DNA of 64,000 nucleotides from Eledone cirrhosa (taxonomy: Eukaryota). Of this stretch, positions 53,787 through 64,000 are shown in pieces. The stretch's first letter is position 1, and each line of letters opens with the position of its first letter. Below the pieces are notes generated by a model, which saw only the letters and a list, made by a program, of their open reading frames with translations, was not told where the DNA came from and ran no database searches. The stretch lies in NCBI GenBank assembly GCA_964016885.1, contig OZ024744.1, positions 31,186,001 to 31,250,000 of the forward strand, read 5' to 3'. Position numbers and translations under genes: made by a program.

Positions 53787-54164
53787 TACACAATATATTA
53801 ATAAATGGAAACTATATTTTTAAACCATATTTATTTTATTTTACATATTTCAAGGGCAACCAAGGCAAATTATGGTGCGCTTTCATCAGATAAAATACAA
53901 ATTTGTTTTATAAATAAATATTGACATACCCAGAAAAAAAGACAACCTTAACGGTTGGAGCTTCCTGGATAGTCGGATATCCAGGAAGCTCTAACCGTTA
54001 AGGTTGTCTTTTTTTTCCGCGTATGTTAATATTTATTTATAAAACAAATCTGTATTTTATCTGATGAAAGCGCCCCATAATTTGCCATGGTTGCCCTTGA
54101 AATATGTATAATAAAATAAATATGGTTTTATAAATATAGTTTCCATTTATTAATATATTGTGTA
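53787..54164. repeat. Foldback element (~185-bp arms, 6-nt loop) with hammerheads at 53832-53897 (-) and 54053-54118 (+)
   Basis: Centre ggata-gtcgga-tatcc. Plus strand: tattttat CTGATGA..GAAA t-atgt-ATA ataaaata. Confidence 0.9.
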
Positions 54165-54230
54165 TATATATATATATATATATATAAACAAACACATACA
54201 CATATATAATACATAGACATAGATAGATAG

Positions 54231-54316
<86 letters not shown>

Positions 54317-54401
54317 GTAGGAGGTGAGTTTTATTGTAGTACAATAAAGCAATGCAGATATCGGATAAGAAGCACTCTACAGTTTGTAGGACTGGAGTAT
54401 A

Positions 54402-54730
54402 CATAATATATAAGATCAAAGGATGGTTAAAGGAGTTCCATGTATTTTATTATGCGCATTTCAAAAACAAACATCATCATGCAATAATATTTGTGTTTTC
54501 ATCAGATAAAACAGGAGAACATGATATGAAGGCTAAAAAACACTTGTGGATAGTGCAGTTGATGTTGATTTAAAACTGCACTATCCACAAGTGTTTTTTA
54601 GCCTTCATATCATGTTCTCCTGTTTTATCTGATGAAAACACAAATATTATTGCATGATGATGTTTGTTTTTGAAATGCGCATAATAAAATACATGGAACT
54701 CCTTTAACCATCTTTTGATCTTATATTATA
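54402..54730. repeat. Foldback element (~160-bp arms, 13-nt loop) with hammerheads at 54443-54513 (-) and 54621-54691 (+)
   Basis: Plus strand: tgttttat CTGATGA long stem II GAAA t-gcgc-ATA ataaaata; arms nearly perfect. Confidence 0.9.
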
Positions 54731-54744
54731 TATATATATATATA

Positions 54745-57565
54745 TATATTTATTTATTAAAATAACAGATTAAAGTTTAAGCAAAGAATCGCTGCTTTCA
54801 CCCTTAACGGGATCTTCTGAAACTAACAAAGTCAATCTCTAAACGCAGAACTGGATATTTCAAAAAACGTTGCAACCGGAGGAAGACAGGAAGACGATAC
54901 TTTGGTTCGTGGTAACGTTCGCTGGCAAAGAACGGGAAAAATCGAATAATACGTCATTAATAGGAGCGGTGAAAAACAATTACGCGCAAAGACAAAACCA
55001 CGTTTATGGTATAAAAGAGGTCGTAGACTAATGTTCTCTTAGGTGGTGCATAGAGACGTTCTCTGGCAATGAACGAAGAAACGAAGATAATAAGTCATAT
55101 GTGGAGCGTGGAGAACAATAGCACGCAAAGACAAAACCACGTAAATGGTAAGCAGAAGTCGTAGACTAAGATTCTAACTAGGAGACCAAATGAATCTCCG
55201 CTACAGAGTTAAGAACAAAGTAAATAAATACAATACAGAAGTAATAGGAACAAATAAATACATACGCGCAAACAGATACGTACATACACAAGCATACGCA
55301 AAACCTTACCATGGGTATACAAAACCACGCACATATAAATATGTGTGTGTGTGTATGCTTGTGTACAAATAAATAAATAATTATATAAATGTATATAAGT
55401 AAATAAATACGTATATAACAAGCGCACACGCATACCTACATATAAATACACGAATGTTCGGAGACGTAACTCAACTAAAACAAGAAGTACACATATACAC
55501 ACACCCACCATACGTACGAACCTGCACACTCACGCGGACGCAAAACTCCCGTATACACATAGCCAAACCCTAAATGCCAGAATATGTAAAAATTATACGC
55601 TATAACAGTCAAATATACGTACGAGAAGGTATACATACCTTCACAAAACATACGGGTAATATATACTTACCTATGCAAATACGTAAAGGAATAAACAAAA
55701 CATATACTTAGCTCCCACATCAAGACGTAAAATATCCACGTATAGATCGTGCTATCCGTTAACGTGGGGCTGTAATACAGGAAAGTTTTGTGCAATTTAT
55801 GTTTACAAGCCGAAATTGCCTCAGATTTTTTGTTTAAGATGTGGTCTGTAGCGTAGAGTATTTCCAGGGCCTCAGCGGCGCAGAGGTCACATGGTCTTTT
55901 ATTTCCGTTATACGATCTAGCCCTAGCTAGGATCTCCCAGTGTAACTTATATTGGGTGTGGTTCTCTTTTAGACTCCAGATATAAGCTGAAAGTGACGTC
56001 ATATTCCTTCTTAGAGGGTAACGAAAAGAATGGGTATGCATGTAAAGACGCTGCTTGAAACTATTGGCGGTTAACCCTATGTAGGCCCTACGGGACGTGG
56101 GTGTTACAACCTTACATTTGTAGACAATGTTACTAGAGAGGCATTTCCCGGATAGGGGGCAATCAGCCCGATTCCTACAATTACAGTTAGTACTACCTAC
56201 AGGGTTGCACGTGTTCCTACGGCTAGGTAGTTCAGCTAAATTTGAAGCTGTGATGTTATGTGCAAGGTTAGGAGTCGTAGAGTAAGAAATTTTAATAGTA
56301 TTTCTATTAAAATTTTTACTATATTTATGTGTAGGGGGAAAATGCTTCGTAATAAGGGAAAGAAAGATCTTAGCTAATGGTGTGGCCACCTCCATATTAT
56401 ATGGTGGGTTAAACCAACAAATGCGACGGGATCTATTCCTTCTAGGTCTATTTACGTACACTGTATATGCTACCTTATCGACAAATCCACTTCGAGCAAG
56501 AGCATCATTGTAATAAGTGGGATGGTCGTTGAAAATGCGCACGTTGGTGGAAAGACGGGAAAGCCTCAACGAAAAGTTTCTTACCAGGTTCTTGGTTATG
56601 CTGGCAGGATGGTTGGAATGCTTACTTATGTAATTAAGCGTATCATTCGGCTTTCTATACGGGTAATACAACCCATTCAATAAATTGAGGGTAACGTCGA
56701 GGTAATTAACGACCGAGAGATTGGCCTCAACCTGTATAGAGAGGTTGAAGCCTTTAAAGAAGGCTGTGAGTTCTTTTCTGAACCTGTCGCAAGCACGAGG
56801 TCCGCACTTAGTCATGGTCAAAAGACCATCGTCACGGTACAAACCACCGCCCGCGTTGGGGAATTCGTCCTTGATAGAGAAAAGAAGGAAAAGGCCAATA
56901 AGATCAGTAACCTCCGCAGAGTCACTGGCGCCCATACTCACGTCGAATGGGGTACTATTGGTTTTTTAATCCAAATAGAGTCGTCGAAATTAATCACCGA
57001 CTTTCGGGCATTAAGGATGACATCAACTTCGAAATCCTTAACCACTGTGAGTGTTTTAGCGAAATTGATAGCTCTAAGGAGAAGTGGTAAAGTGATGGAG
57101 GAGTAGTAATTGTTGATGTCGAATTGGATAAAACGGCAATGTTCCTTGTTACATATGCCGTTGAACCAATCAATCACCGCGAAAGAATTGTTCCACAGTG
57201 CGAGAGGGGCCAAATTTCTAATTTCAGGTATAATTCTATCAAGAATCGTTTTACTAAGTCTACCTAAATCGGACTTCGTAGGGTTAATAAGCCGAATAGA
57301 GGGGTTGTTCGGAAAATTGGATTTGTGATCCTTCAGGGTAAAGTGGGGAGAGATAGGGTCCAGAGGTTCGGTCCGGTCCAGGATGTTGAGATCAGATGTG
57401 ATTTTAAACCCAGCATCGTTGATTTCATTGATGACGCACCGATTAGTTTTACGGTAATCCTTAGTTACAGCATTATGTAGTAGTTGATGGTAAGTACTGC
57501 GCTCCACTTGGTATAGGTTGCCAGTTTTGTCGGAATGGACGCGCACGGCGTTAGAATCCTTAATA
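54745..57565 (-). mobile_element. Penelope-like element (probably Naiad-type), 5'-truncated, with long 3' UTR
   Basis: RT and GIY-YIG ORFs at 55667-57546; ~140-bp duplication in the 3' UTR (54915-55035 / 55057-55175); ends at (TA)n. Confidence 0.85.
55667..57546 (-). pseudogene. PLE reverse transcriptase + GIY-YIG endonuclease, one frameshift near 56965
   Basis: FIQFDINNYYSSI, FDVSMGASDSAEV, LYRDDGL, WFNPPY, CNCR..CPLSGKC, IVYKC..AYIGLTANSFKQR. Confidence 0.92.
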
Positions 57566-57640
57566 GGTATTGAAGTTTCCGTTGAAAATTGAAAAAAGTC
57601 AGAGGAATGAAGAGTGCTCTATGTAAGTTACAGAGCTAAA

Positions 57641-57684
<44 letters not shown>

Positions 57685-57989
57685 CAAAAGGGATATTCAA
57701 CAAATATAAATGTTTATAACTGATTCAGAGCACTCGACAAGATTTCTGGACTATAATATTCAATGAAATTAAATAAATGGAAACTATATTGATAAAACCA
57801 TATTTATATATATATATTTATTTATGTATATATATTTATATCATCATCATCATCATCATCTTCGTTTAACGTCCATTTTCCACGCTAGCATTGGTTATAA
57901 TATATATATATAGAGAGAGAGGGAAAAATATTAAAACAATGATATTAAACAAAAAACGCTTAAATCATAGTAAAACTCATTATTTTACG

Positions 57990-58022
<33 letters not shown>

Positions 58023-58030
<8 letters not shown>

Positions 58031-58144
58031 AAGTATGACCCCGACGGCAGAGCTCAAGCTGTTTCGACTGCTATTTCTGGAGTAGTCCAGAAATAGCCGT
58101 CGAACCGGCTTCAGCTCTGCTGTCGGGGTCATACTCTTTCATAT
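58023..58144. repeat. Short foldback (~58-bp arms, 4-nt loop), no hammerhead core seen
   Basis: Centre tttctgga-gtag-tccagaaa; a few mismatches. Confidence 0.88.
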
Positions 58145-58220
58145 TTCCCACTCTACTACTCTAAGTATTGAGTACTCTGGTGAGGTCTGGTCCATCTGGT
58201 TCCTTACCACAGTTCCTTTG

Positions 58221-58283
<63 letters not shown>

Positions 58284-58289
<6 letters not shown>

Positions 58290-58531
58290 TTATTATTATG
58301 TAATAAACAACATAAGGCAATTATTCCATTTACCAGTGGTTTCTTAAAAGCAAAAGGTTTTGCTTTCAATCCTCAGAATGAAAAATCCTGGTTTGTTTAT
58401 TGAATCCATATTCAATAAACAAACCAGGATTTTTCATTCTGAGGATTGAAAGCAAAACCTTTTGCTTTTAAGAAACCACTGGTAAATGGAATAATTGCCT
58501 TATGTTGTTTATTACATAATAATAATAATTA
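58284..58531. repeat. Foldback element (~122-bp arms, 4-nt loop) with hammerheads at 58324-58383 (-) and 58432-58491 (+), family E
   Basis: Plus strand: tttcatt CTGAGGA ttgaaagcaaaa-cc-ttttgcttttaa GAAA ccactg GTA aatggaa. Confidence 0.9.
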
Positions 58532-58621
58532 AGCTCTGTTGCTTACATAGAGCACTCTTTTTTCCTGGACTTTTCCGATGGAATTACTTCATTCACACAT
58601 ATATATATATATATATATATA

Positions 58622-59040
58622 TAAAATAGAGTTAAATAAAAAGTCAAATGTTTAAAATTTAGCTTCGTTTATTACTGCTATATATATTTCAGTGACAGCC
58701 ATCTTTGGCTGTGACCTCTTCAGGCAGTCCGAATTAGTGTGGTATAGACAAGTACATATGTTGTTGAGGTGTATAATTTTATCAATACTCTGATATGCTG
58801 AGTTCCTGGTTAGGTTGTTATTTCTCTGAGGAACTGGAATCATATTGGATATGATTCCAGTTCCTCAGAGAAATAACAACCAAAATGATACACCTCAACA
58901 ACATATGTACTTGTCTATACCACACTAATTCGGACTGCCTGATGAGGTCACAGCCAAAGATGGCTGTCACTGAAATATATATAGCAGTAATAAACGAGGC
59001 TAAATTTTAAACATTTCACTTTTTATTTAACTTTATTTTA
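58622..59040. repeat. Foldback element (3-nt loop) with hammerheads at 58674-58728 (-) and 58934-58988 (+), family F
   Basis: Plus strand: actgc CTGATGA ggtcacagcca-aaga-tggctgtcact GAAA t-atat-ATA gcagt. The left arm has CTGAAGA and ~30 extra bp. Confidence 0.9.
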
Positions 59041-59251
59041 CATTACTCCGGAGTAACCAAACCAATCTGCGCACTTCGTCGCGTGCTCCAGCCTGCATAC
59101 TGAGGTGTTGGTATACAACCAACATATACCCATATATATATATAGATTTTGGGTATATGTTGGTTGTATACCAACACCTCAGTATGCAGGCTGGAGCACG
59201 CGACGAAGTGCGCAGATTGGTTTGGTTACTCCGGAGTAATGTAAAATAAAG
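59031..59251. repeat. Perfect ~100-bp inverted repeat across a TA-rich 19-nt spacer
   Basis: ctttattttacattactccgg...catataccc / gggtatatg...ccggagtaatgtaaaataaag. Confidence 0.92.
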
Positions 59252-59536
59252 AAGAAGACTTTCGTCAGACAGTCCTTCTCACTAGGAGAATATATAATTC
59301 CCGAGTTCAAATCACGAACTGGCGCCATACAGAACTGTTCCCGGATGAGAGTGTATGATGAAGAAACAATCTAGTCTAGTGCCGTGTATATAGATAGAAG
59401 GCAAGGGCGGAAAAGTCAATGTCCTGCCACTAGAAATAGCAGCAGTTAAAACGACCAAAATGTTATCTCGACCTTAGGGGTGATTAATAATAATAAAGTA
59501 TGTTTTCCTACATGCAAAAAATACATATAGGGACAC

Positions 59537-59840
59537 ATGTATTATCCAACAGTATGCCAATGTGGTTCTATGGCAGGTTAATAAATTAACGAGCCAGAAC
59601 ATATATAATCAAGGTTTAGCAAATAGAGAAAAAGTTTTAAAATAAATTTCGGCAAGGATTATCCATTTATTTTGAGACTTGAAACCGCGCGGTAAGGGTA
59701 AATATAGTAGGTACAGCAAACTTTTAAAAATATATTTTAAAACTCTTTCTCTATTAGCTAAGCCTTGATTATATATGTTCTGGCTCGTTAATTTATTAAC
59801 CTGCCATAGAACCACATTGGCATATGGTTGGATAATACAT
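59537..59840. repeat. Inverted repeat (~108-bp arms, ~88-bp spacer containing the 3' half of a hammerhead)
   Basis: Arms 59537-59644 and 59733-59840; the spacer has GAAA ccgcgcg GTA at 59681-59694 with no CTGANGA. Confidence 0.85.
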
Positions 59841-60024
59841 ATATGCATTTGCATATATATATATGTGTGTGTGTGTGTGTATATATATGTATGTATATAT
59901 ATATATAACATATGTATATATGTATATCTATGTATATATATATATGTTTATGTATATATATATATATATTTACATATGTATATATATGTATATATATATT
60001 GGAAACTCTGCTTCGTAGAATCGA

Positions 60025-60119
60025 GACGTATCTGAGGACCTTGCGATTTCAGAGTCAGGTTCGATCATTGCATCGATCTTGCCTCGAGCTGGTCGCCAGA
60101 GAAACGATTGTGATATGTC
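60025..60119 (+). ncRNA. Type I hammerhead motif, family B (cleavage triplet GTG, probably inactive)
   Basis: gacgtat CTGAGGA long stem II GAAA c-gatt-GTG atatgtc; element 60001-60166 lies between TA-rich tracts. Confidence 0.72.
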
Positions 60120-60162
60120 TAATAAATTTTATTCATCGCACCACTGATTCTCCGTTTCTTAT

Positions 60163-60215
<53 letters not shown>

Positions 60216-60381
60216 GGAGCAGATGTATGAGTATAGAGAGCATGATCTTTCGGCATCGATTTAGTGGTGTGGTCACGTGGTCCGGATGTCTGATCACCGT
60301 ATTCCAAAGCAACCTCTCTACGGTGAACTGTGCGAAGGAAGGCGACCACTACACAAACCAAAAATGCGGTACTGGGACTGT

Positions 60382-60484
60382 AAAGTTAACCTCGGCGGGA
60401 TTTGAACTCAGTCAGTAAAGGGACGTAACTGTGCTGCAAAGCATGGCGTCCGACCCCCTACCGATACTGTCAATCCACCGCCCT
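60382..60484 (-). mobile_element. SINE 5' half
   Basis: SINE head consensus. Confidence 0.8.
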
Positions 60485-61204
60485 AAATAAAAAAAAATGT
60501 TTATTGCTAATTTGTTTTATATTGTGTTTGCTGATTTCTGTATTTGCTTATTTTTGTAGATGGCTTGTGTCGATGAGAGGCCAAAGATTCCATGAATGGG
60601 GTTGGTGATCTGAAACATTTGGAAACGCTTACTCTACGAGGTCTCACGTTCCCAGAGAAATAGTAGCCAAATATCACTCCTTTTTCTCTTTGCATTACCT
60701 AATCAAAAGAAAAAGGGAAACACTCGAATTATTTCTTCAGAATCTACGAGACTGACAAGAAGAGAAAAGGAATTTGTTTTCACACCGGAAGGAGATATGG
60801 ACTAAATTCTTGAAATACAGTGAACTCCGGTAAAAGCCCTAAAGCAACAAGTGATAGTTAAGTAAGAGGACAAATTATGTCTACCATCTCCAAAACATAA
60901 ATTCCATACAATTTCATTCTACCCAATTTCACTAAAAGGGGCTTAGCTGGACCAGAACCCTATTGTAAGAAGATACTTGTCTATGGTGCCACACTGCGAA
61001 TTCGAACCCAAAACAAAGTGATTGAGATGTGCATTCTTGACCCAGACGTTGGAATGCATCTGATCCTCGCAGTAGGCTCGATGAGCTCTGAACTGGAGCT
61101 AAACCACCACCACCACCACCACCACAACAACAACAACAACACAATAACAACAACAACACAATAACAACAACATAATAATAACAACAACAATATATGTATG
61201 TTAT

Positions 61205-61349
61205 TGTCTTTGTACCTTCTTTTTTCCTCCTTCTTCTTTATCACCTTGTTATCCAACCATCTTGCTCAGGGTCTACCCCTGGGTCTCTTGTCGGTTAGTT
61301 TTGCACGTAAAATCAGTCCAGCGATTCTTTACTGAGACATTCTAACCCC
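61205..61349 (-). mobile_element. RTE-like LINE 3' fragment
   Basis: Minus strand reads ...KRPRGRP*ARWLDN followed by an AAG-rich tail. Confidence 0.55.
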
Positions 61350-61383
61350 ATGTAAGTTACAGAGCTAAATATTTATATATAAG

Positions 61384-61451
<68 letters not shown>

Positions 61452-62082
61452 TTGAAATATGTATAATGAAATAAATATGGTTTTATAAATAGTTTCCATT
61501 TGTTAATATCGTATATCTACTCCAAATATTTGTCGAGTGTTTTATATAAGTTATACAAATGTTTGCTTGTTGTATCCCAACAATTTAAATAGAACTTTTG
61601 CATATATATACATATATATACATATATATATATATACAAGCAAAAGGGATATTCAACAAATATAAATGTTTATAACTGATTCAGAGCACTCGACAAGAAT
61701 TCTGGACTATAATATTCAATGATATTAAATAAATGGAAACTATATTGATAAAACCATATTTATATATATATATATATTTATGTATATATATTTATATCAT
61801 CATCATCATCATCTTAATTTAACGTCCATTTTCCACGCTAGCATTGGTTATAATATATATATATAGAGAGAGAGGGAGAAATATTAAAACAATGAAATTA
61901 AACAAAAAACGCTTAAATCATAGTAAAACTCATTATTTTACGATCATATATATATATATATATATATATAGTTATGTAATAAACAACATAAGGCAATTAT
62001 TCCATTTACCAGTGGTTTCTTAAAAGCAAAAGATGTTGCTTTCAATTCTCAGAATGAAAAAATCCTGGTCTGTTTATTGAAT
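61350..62082. repeat. Local duplicate of 57621-58405 carrying different inserts
   Basis: Shared blocks atgtaagttacagagct, aagcaaaagggatattc...cgatcata and ttatgtaataaacaac...tttattgaat in the same order. Confidence 0.85.
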
Positions 62083-62193
62083 TTGGATTTAAAAAAAACA
62101 AAAATGCAATCTATATGAAAGTGAGGCTGGAGAAAGAAGAAGGAAAGGAAAAATAAAATAAAACCGCACATGCAAACACACACACAAAAGCAT

Positions 62194-62269
<76 letters not shown>

Positions 62270-62880
62270 GGTGGCTGCCAACTCGTTTTCGAGTACGGCC
62301 ACTATTTTATATCCATGTAGAACTCCTACCGATGCGCTGAACGAGTGTGACTTTTTAGTCCAGCCAGCGACTTGAAAACTCTGGTACAAACACTACACTT
62401 GTGACAAATATTGACACATAGTGCTGGGCCCATGATACCATGTGATGACAAGTGCAGAGAGATCTCCAGATATAAACCAATGCCTGTGCCGTGAAGCTTT
62501 TATAGTGAGCAAAGGCACTGCACAAAGCCAGTCCCACTCTCTTAACCAAGATGATATTTACCAAAAAGAAGAACAAGTCAACATCATTGGATACCATCAG
62601 GGTTGCAGGTGTTATATCAGAGTTTTCCTTCACCTAGACTTCTGCCTTGACAAAGGCTAAGGGGTCATCTCTCCCGGTGATTTTGGATGGCCATTGACTC
62701 TTAAGAGCTCCTTTGCCCTTTGACAGGTTTTGTTTTTAGTCCTGCAGGATGTCCAAAGTCACCCTCCTCACCAAGAAACCTTGGTGGGGTTGCCAGTTTA
62801 GTCGCCATCGACCCGACCATGAGACAGGTTGTACTGTAATACATGTTACCAGTAGCACCAACTGGTGACCTGACAAAGGC

Positions 62881-63125
62881 TAACAGTTTTACAAATAAGC
62901 TTTGACGTACCCTTTTAAAATGCAACCATTATTTTTGGAAGCCATCCGAATGGCTTCCAAAAATAATGGTTGCATTTTAAAAGGGTACGTCAAAGCTTAT
63001 TTGTAAAACTGTTATATACTGTATTTTGTCTGATGAAGGCATACCATAATTTAATTTGGTATCCCTGAAATATGTATAATGAAATAAATATGGTTTTATA
63101 AATATAGTTTCCATTTATTAATATC

Positions 63126-63128
<3 letters not shown>
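62881..63128 (+). mobile_element. Family C element with 5' foldback (62881-63014, 4-nt loop) and hammerhead 63022-63086
   Basis: Centre gccat-ccga-atggc; the right arm continues into the hammerhead and ends at (TA)n. Confidence 0.88.
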
Positions 63129-63215
<87 letters not shown>

Positions 63216-63218
<3 letters not shown>

Positions 63219-63900
63219 AATGAGAGGTATAGAGATTGTTTTAGCAAGAAGCTAACGGCATTCTATAACATATATGCGACTATAACGTCAAGATGGGAAA
63301 AGTAGTTAACGAAAGATTTAGGAAAAATAACTCAAACTCATCTCAAAAGAGAATCAGGATATAAATTCATCCACAGAACCTAGTAAAATCCAGGGGAAAA
63401 TCTATAGACCTTTAACTCATGATAAAATAAAGTTTGAAACACTTATCCTTCAATTTGGAATAACATCAAATGCTCTGTATAGTCTTAAAAGACTATTTCA
63501 TGAAAACTTTCAGTGGAGATGGTCACGGTTGGATTTCATTCATCAGCAGAGCTCAACAGAAACCAGGGCTCTCACAGTAGTATAATCCGAAAAAGGGAAT
63601 TCTAAAACTGGCTAGTTCGCCTTCACGTGTATTTATGAAAAAGCACATGAGGAAAAAACGGGGCTAGTGACGTCAGGATGGAAGTGAATGTTTATTTACA
63701 AGAAATAGCAGTCAAATACATTCTGAAAAAAACTCTACAAAGAAGTTCAGCAAAATAGCAATAATTATCACAGTTTTTATGAAAAAAACCGGGATTAGTC
63801 ACAGATAGTTTAAGCACTCTAGGAAAAGAATCCGAGTATAAATATAAATGAGAGGTATAGAGATTGTTTTAGCAAGAAGCTAACGGCATTTTATAACATA
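63216..63900 (-). mobile_element. Retrozyme-like unit (628-bp period, 57-bp direct repeats)
   Basis: ataaatgagaggtatag...tataacata at 63216 and 63844; internal hammerhead; no ORF. Confidence 0.8.
63472..63552 (-). ncRNA. Canonical type I hammerhead ribozyme, family H
   Basis: Minus strand: gctctg CTGATGA atgaaa..tttcat GAAA tagtctt-tt-aagact ATA cagagc; all three stems Watson-Crick. Confidence 0.9.
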
Positions 63901-64000
63901 CTAGCAGTAAAGCCCGGCGTTGCTCGGGGTCGCTCAGTAGCTGTGTTAAAGTTACAATGTTAAGTTTCTTTTTTGGCTTAAAAACTGTAGTGTCTACTGT
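63901..64000 (-). mobile_element. Helitron 3' end
   Basis: Minus strand cccgagcaacgccgggctttactgCTAG|T. Confidence 0.75.

Noticed and set aside
54785-54826. Hammerhead in the PLE 3' UTR (minus strand CAGAAGA tccc..gggt GAAA)
   Set aside because: Core is mutated, with no clean stem III or stem I.
59251-59275. Minus-strand CTGACGA aag-tctt-ctt
   Set aside because: No following GAAA; at most a truncated remnant.

Overview
Repeat-dense, AT-rich, microsatellite-rich animal genomic DNA. It is most likely a cephalopod/octopod, inferred from the abundant ~190-bp tRNA-derived SINE and the (TA)n/(CA)n load. No host protein-coding exon can be supported. Contents: decayed Tx1 (L1-group), RTE and CRE-like non-LTR fragments; two Penelope-like (RT + GIY-YIG) remnants; several non-autonomous Helitrons; two MITEs; many SINEs; a ~20-kb 17-bp satellite; and 32-, 55-, 28- and ~115-bp minisatellites. 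The main signal is a set of about eight families of short non-coding elements carrying type I hammerhead ribozyme motifs, found by eye (CTGANGA-stem II-GAAA-stem III-NTH closed by stem I). They occur as terminally redundant 430-630-bp units (retrozyme-like) and, clustered at 53.7-63.1 kb, as head-to-head foldback palindromes with 3-13-nt loops, often with a hammerhead on each strand and mostly abutting (TA)n. All folds and alignments are manual and coordinates are approximate to a few bases.
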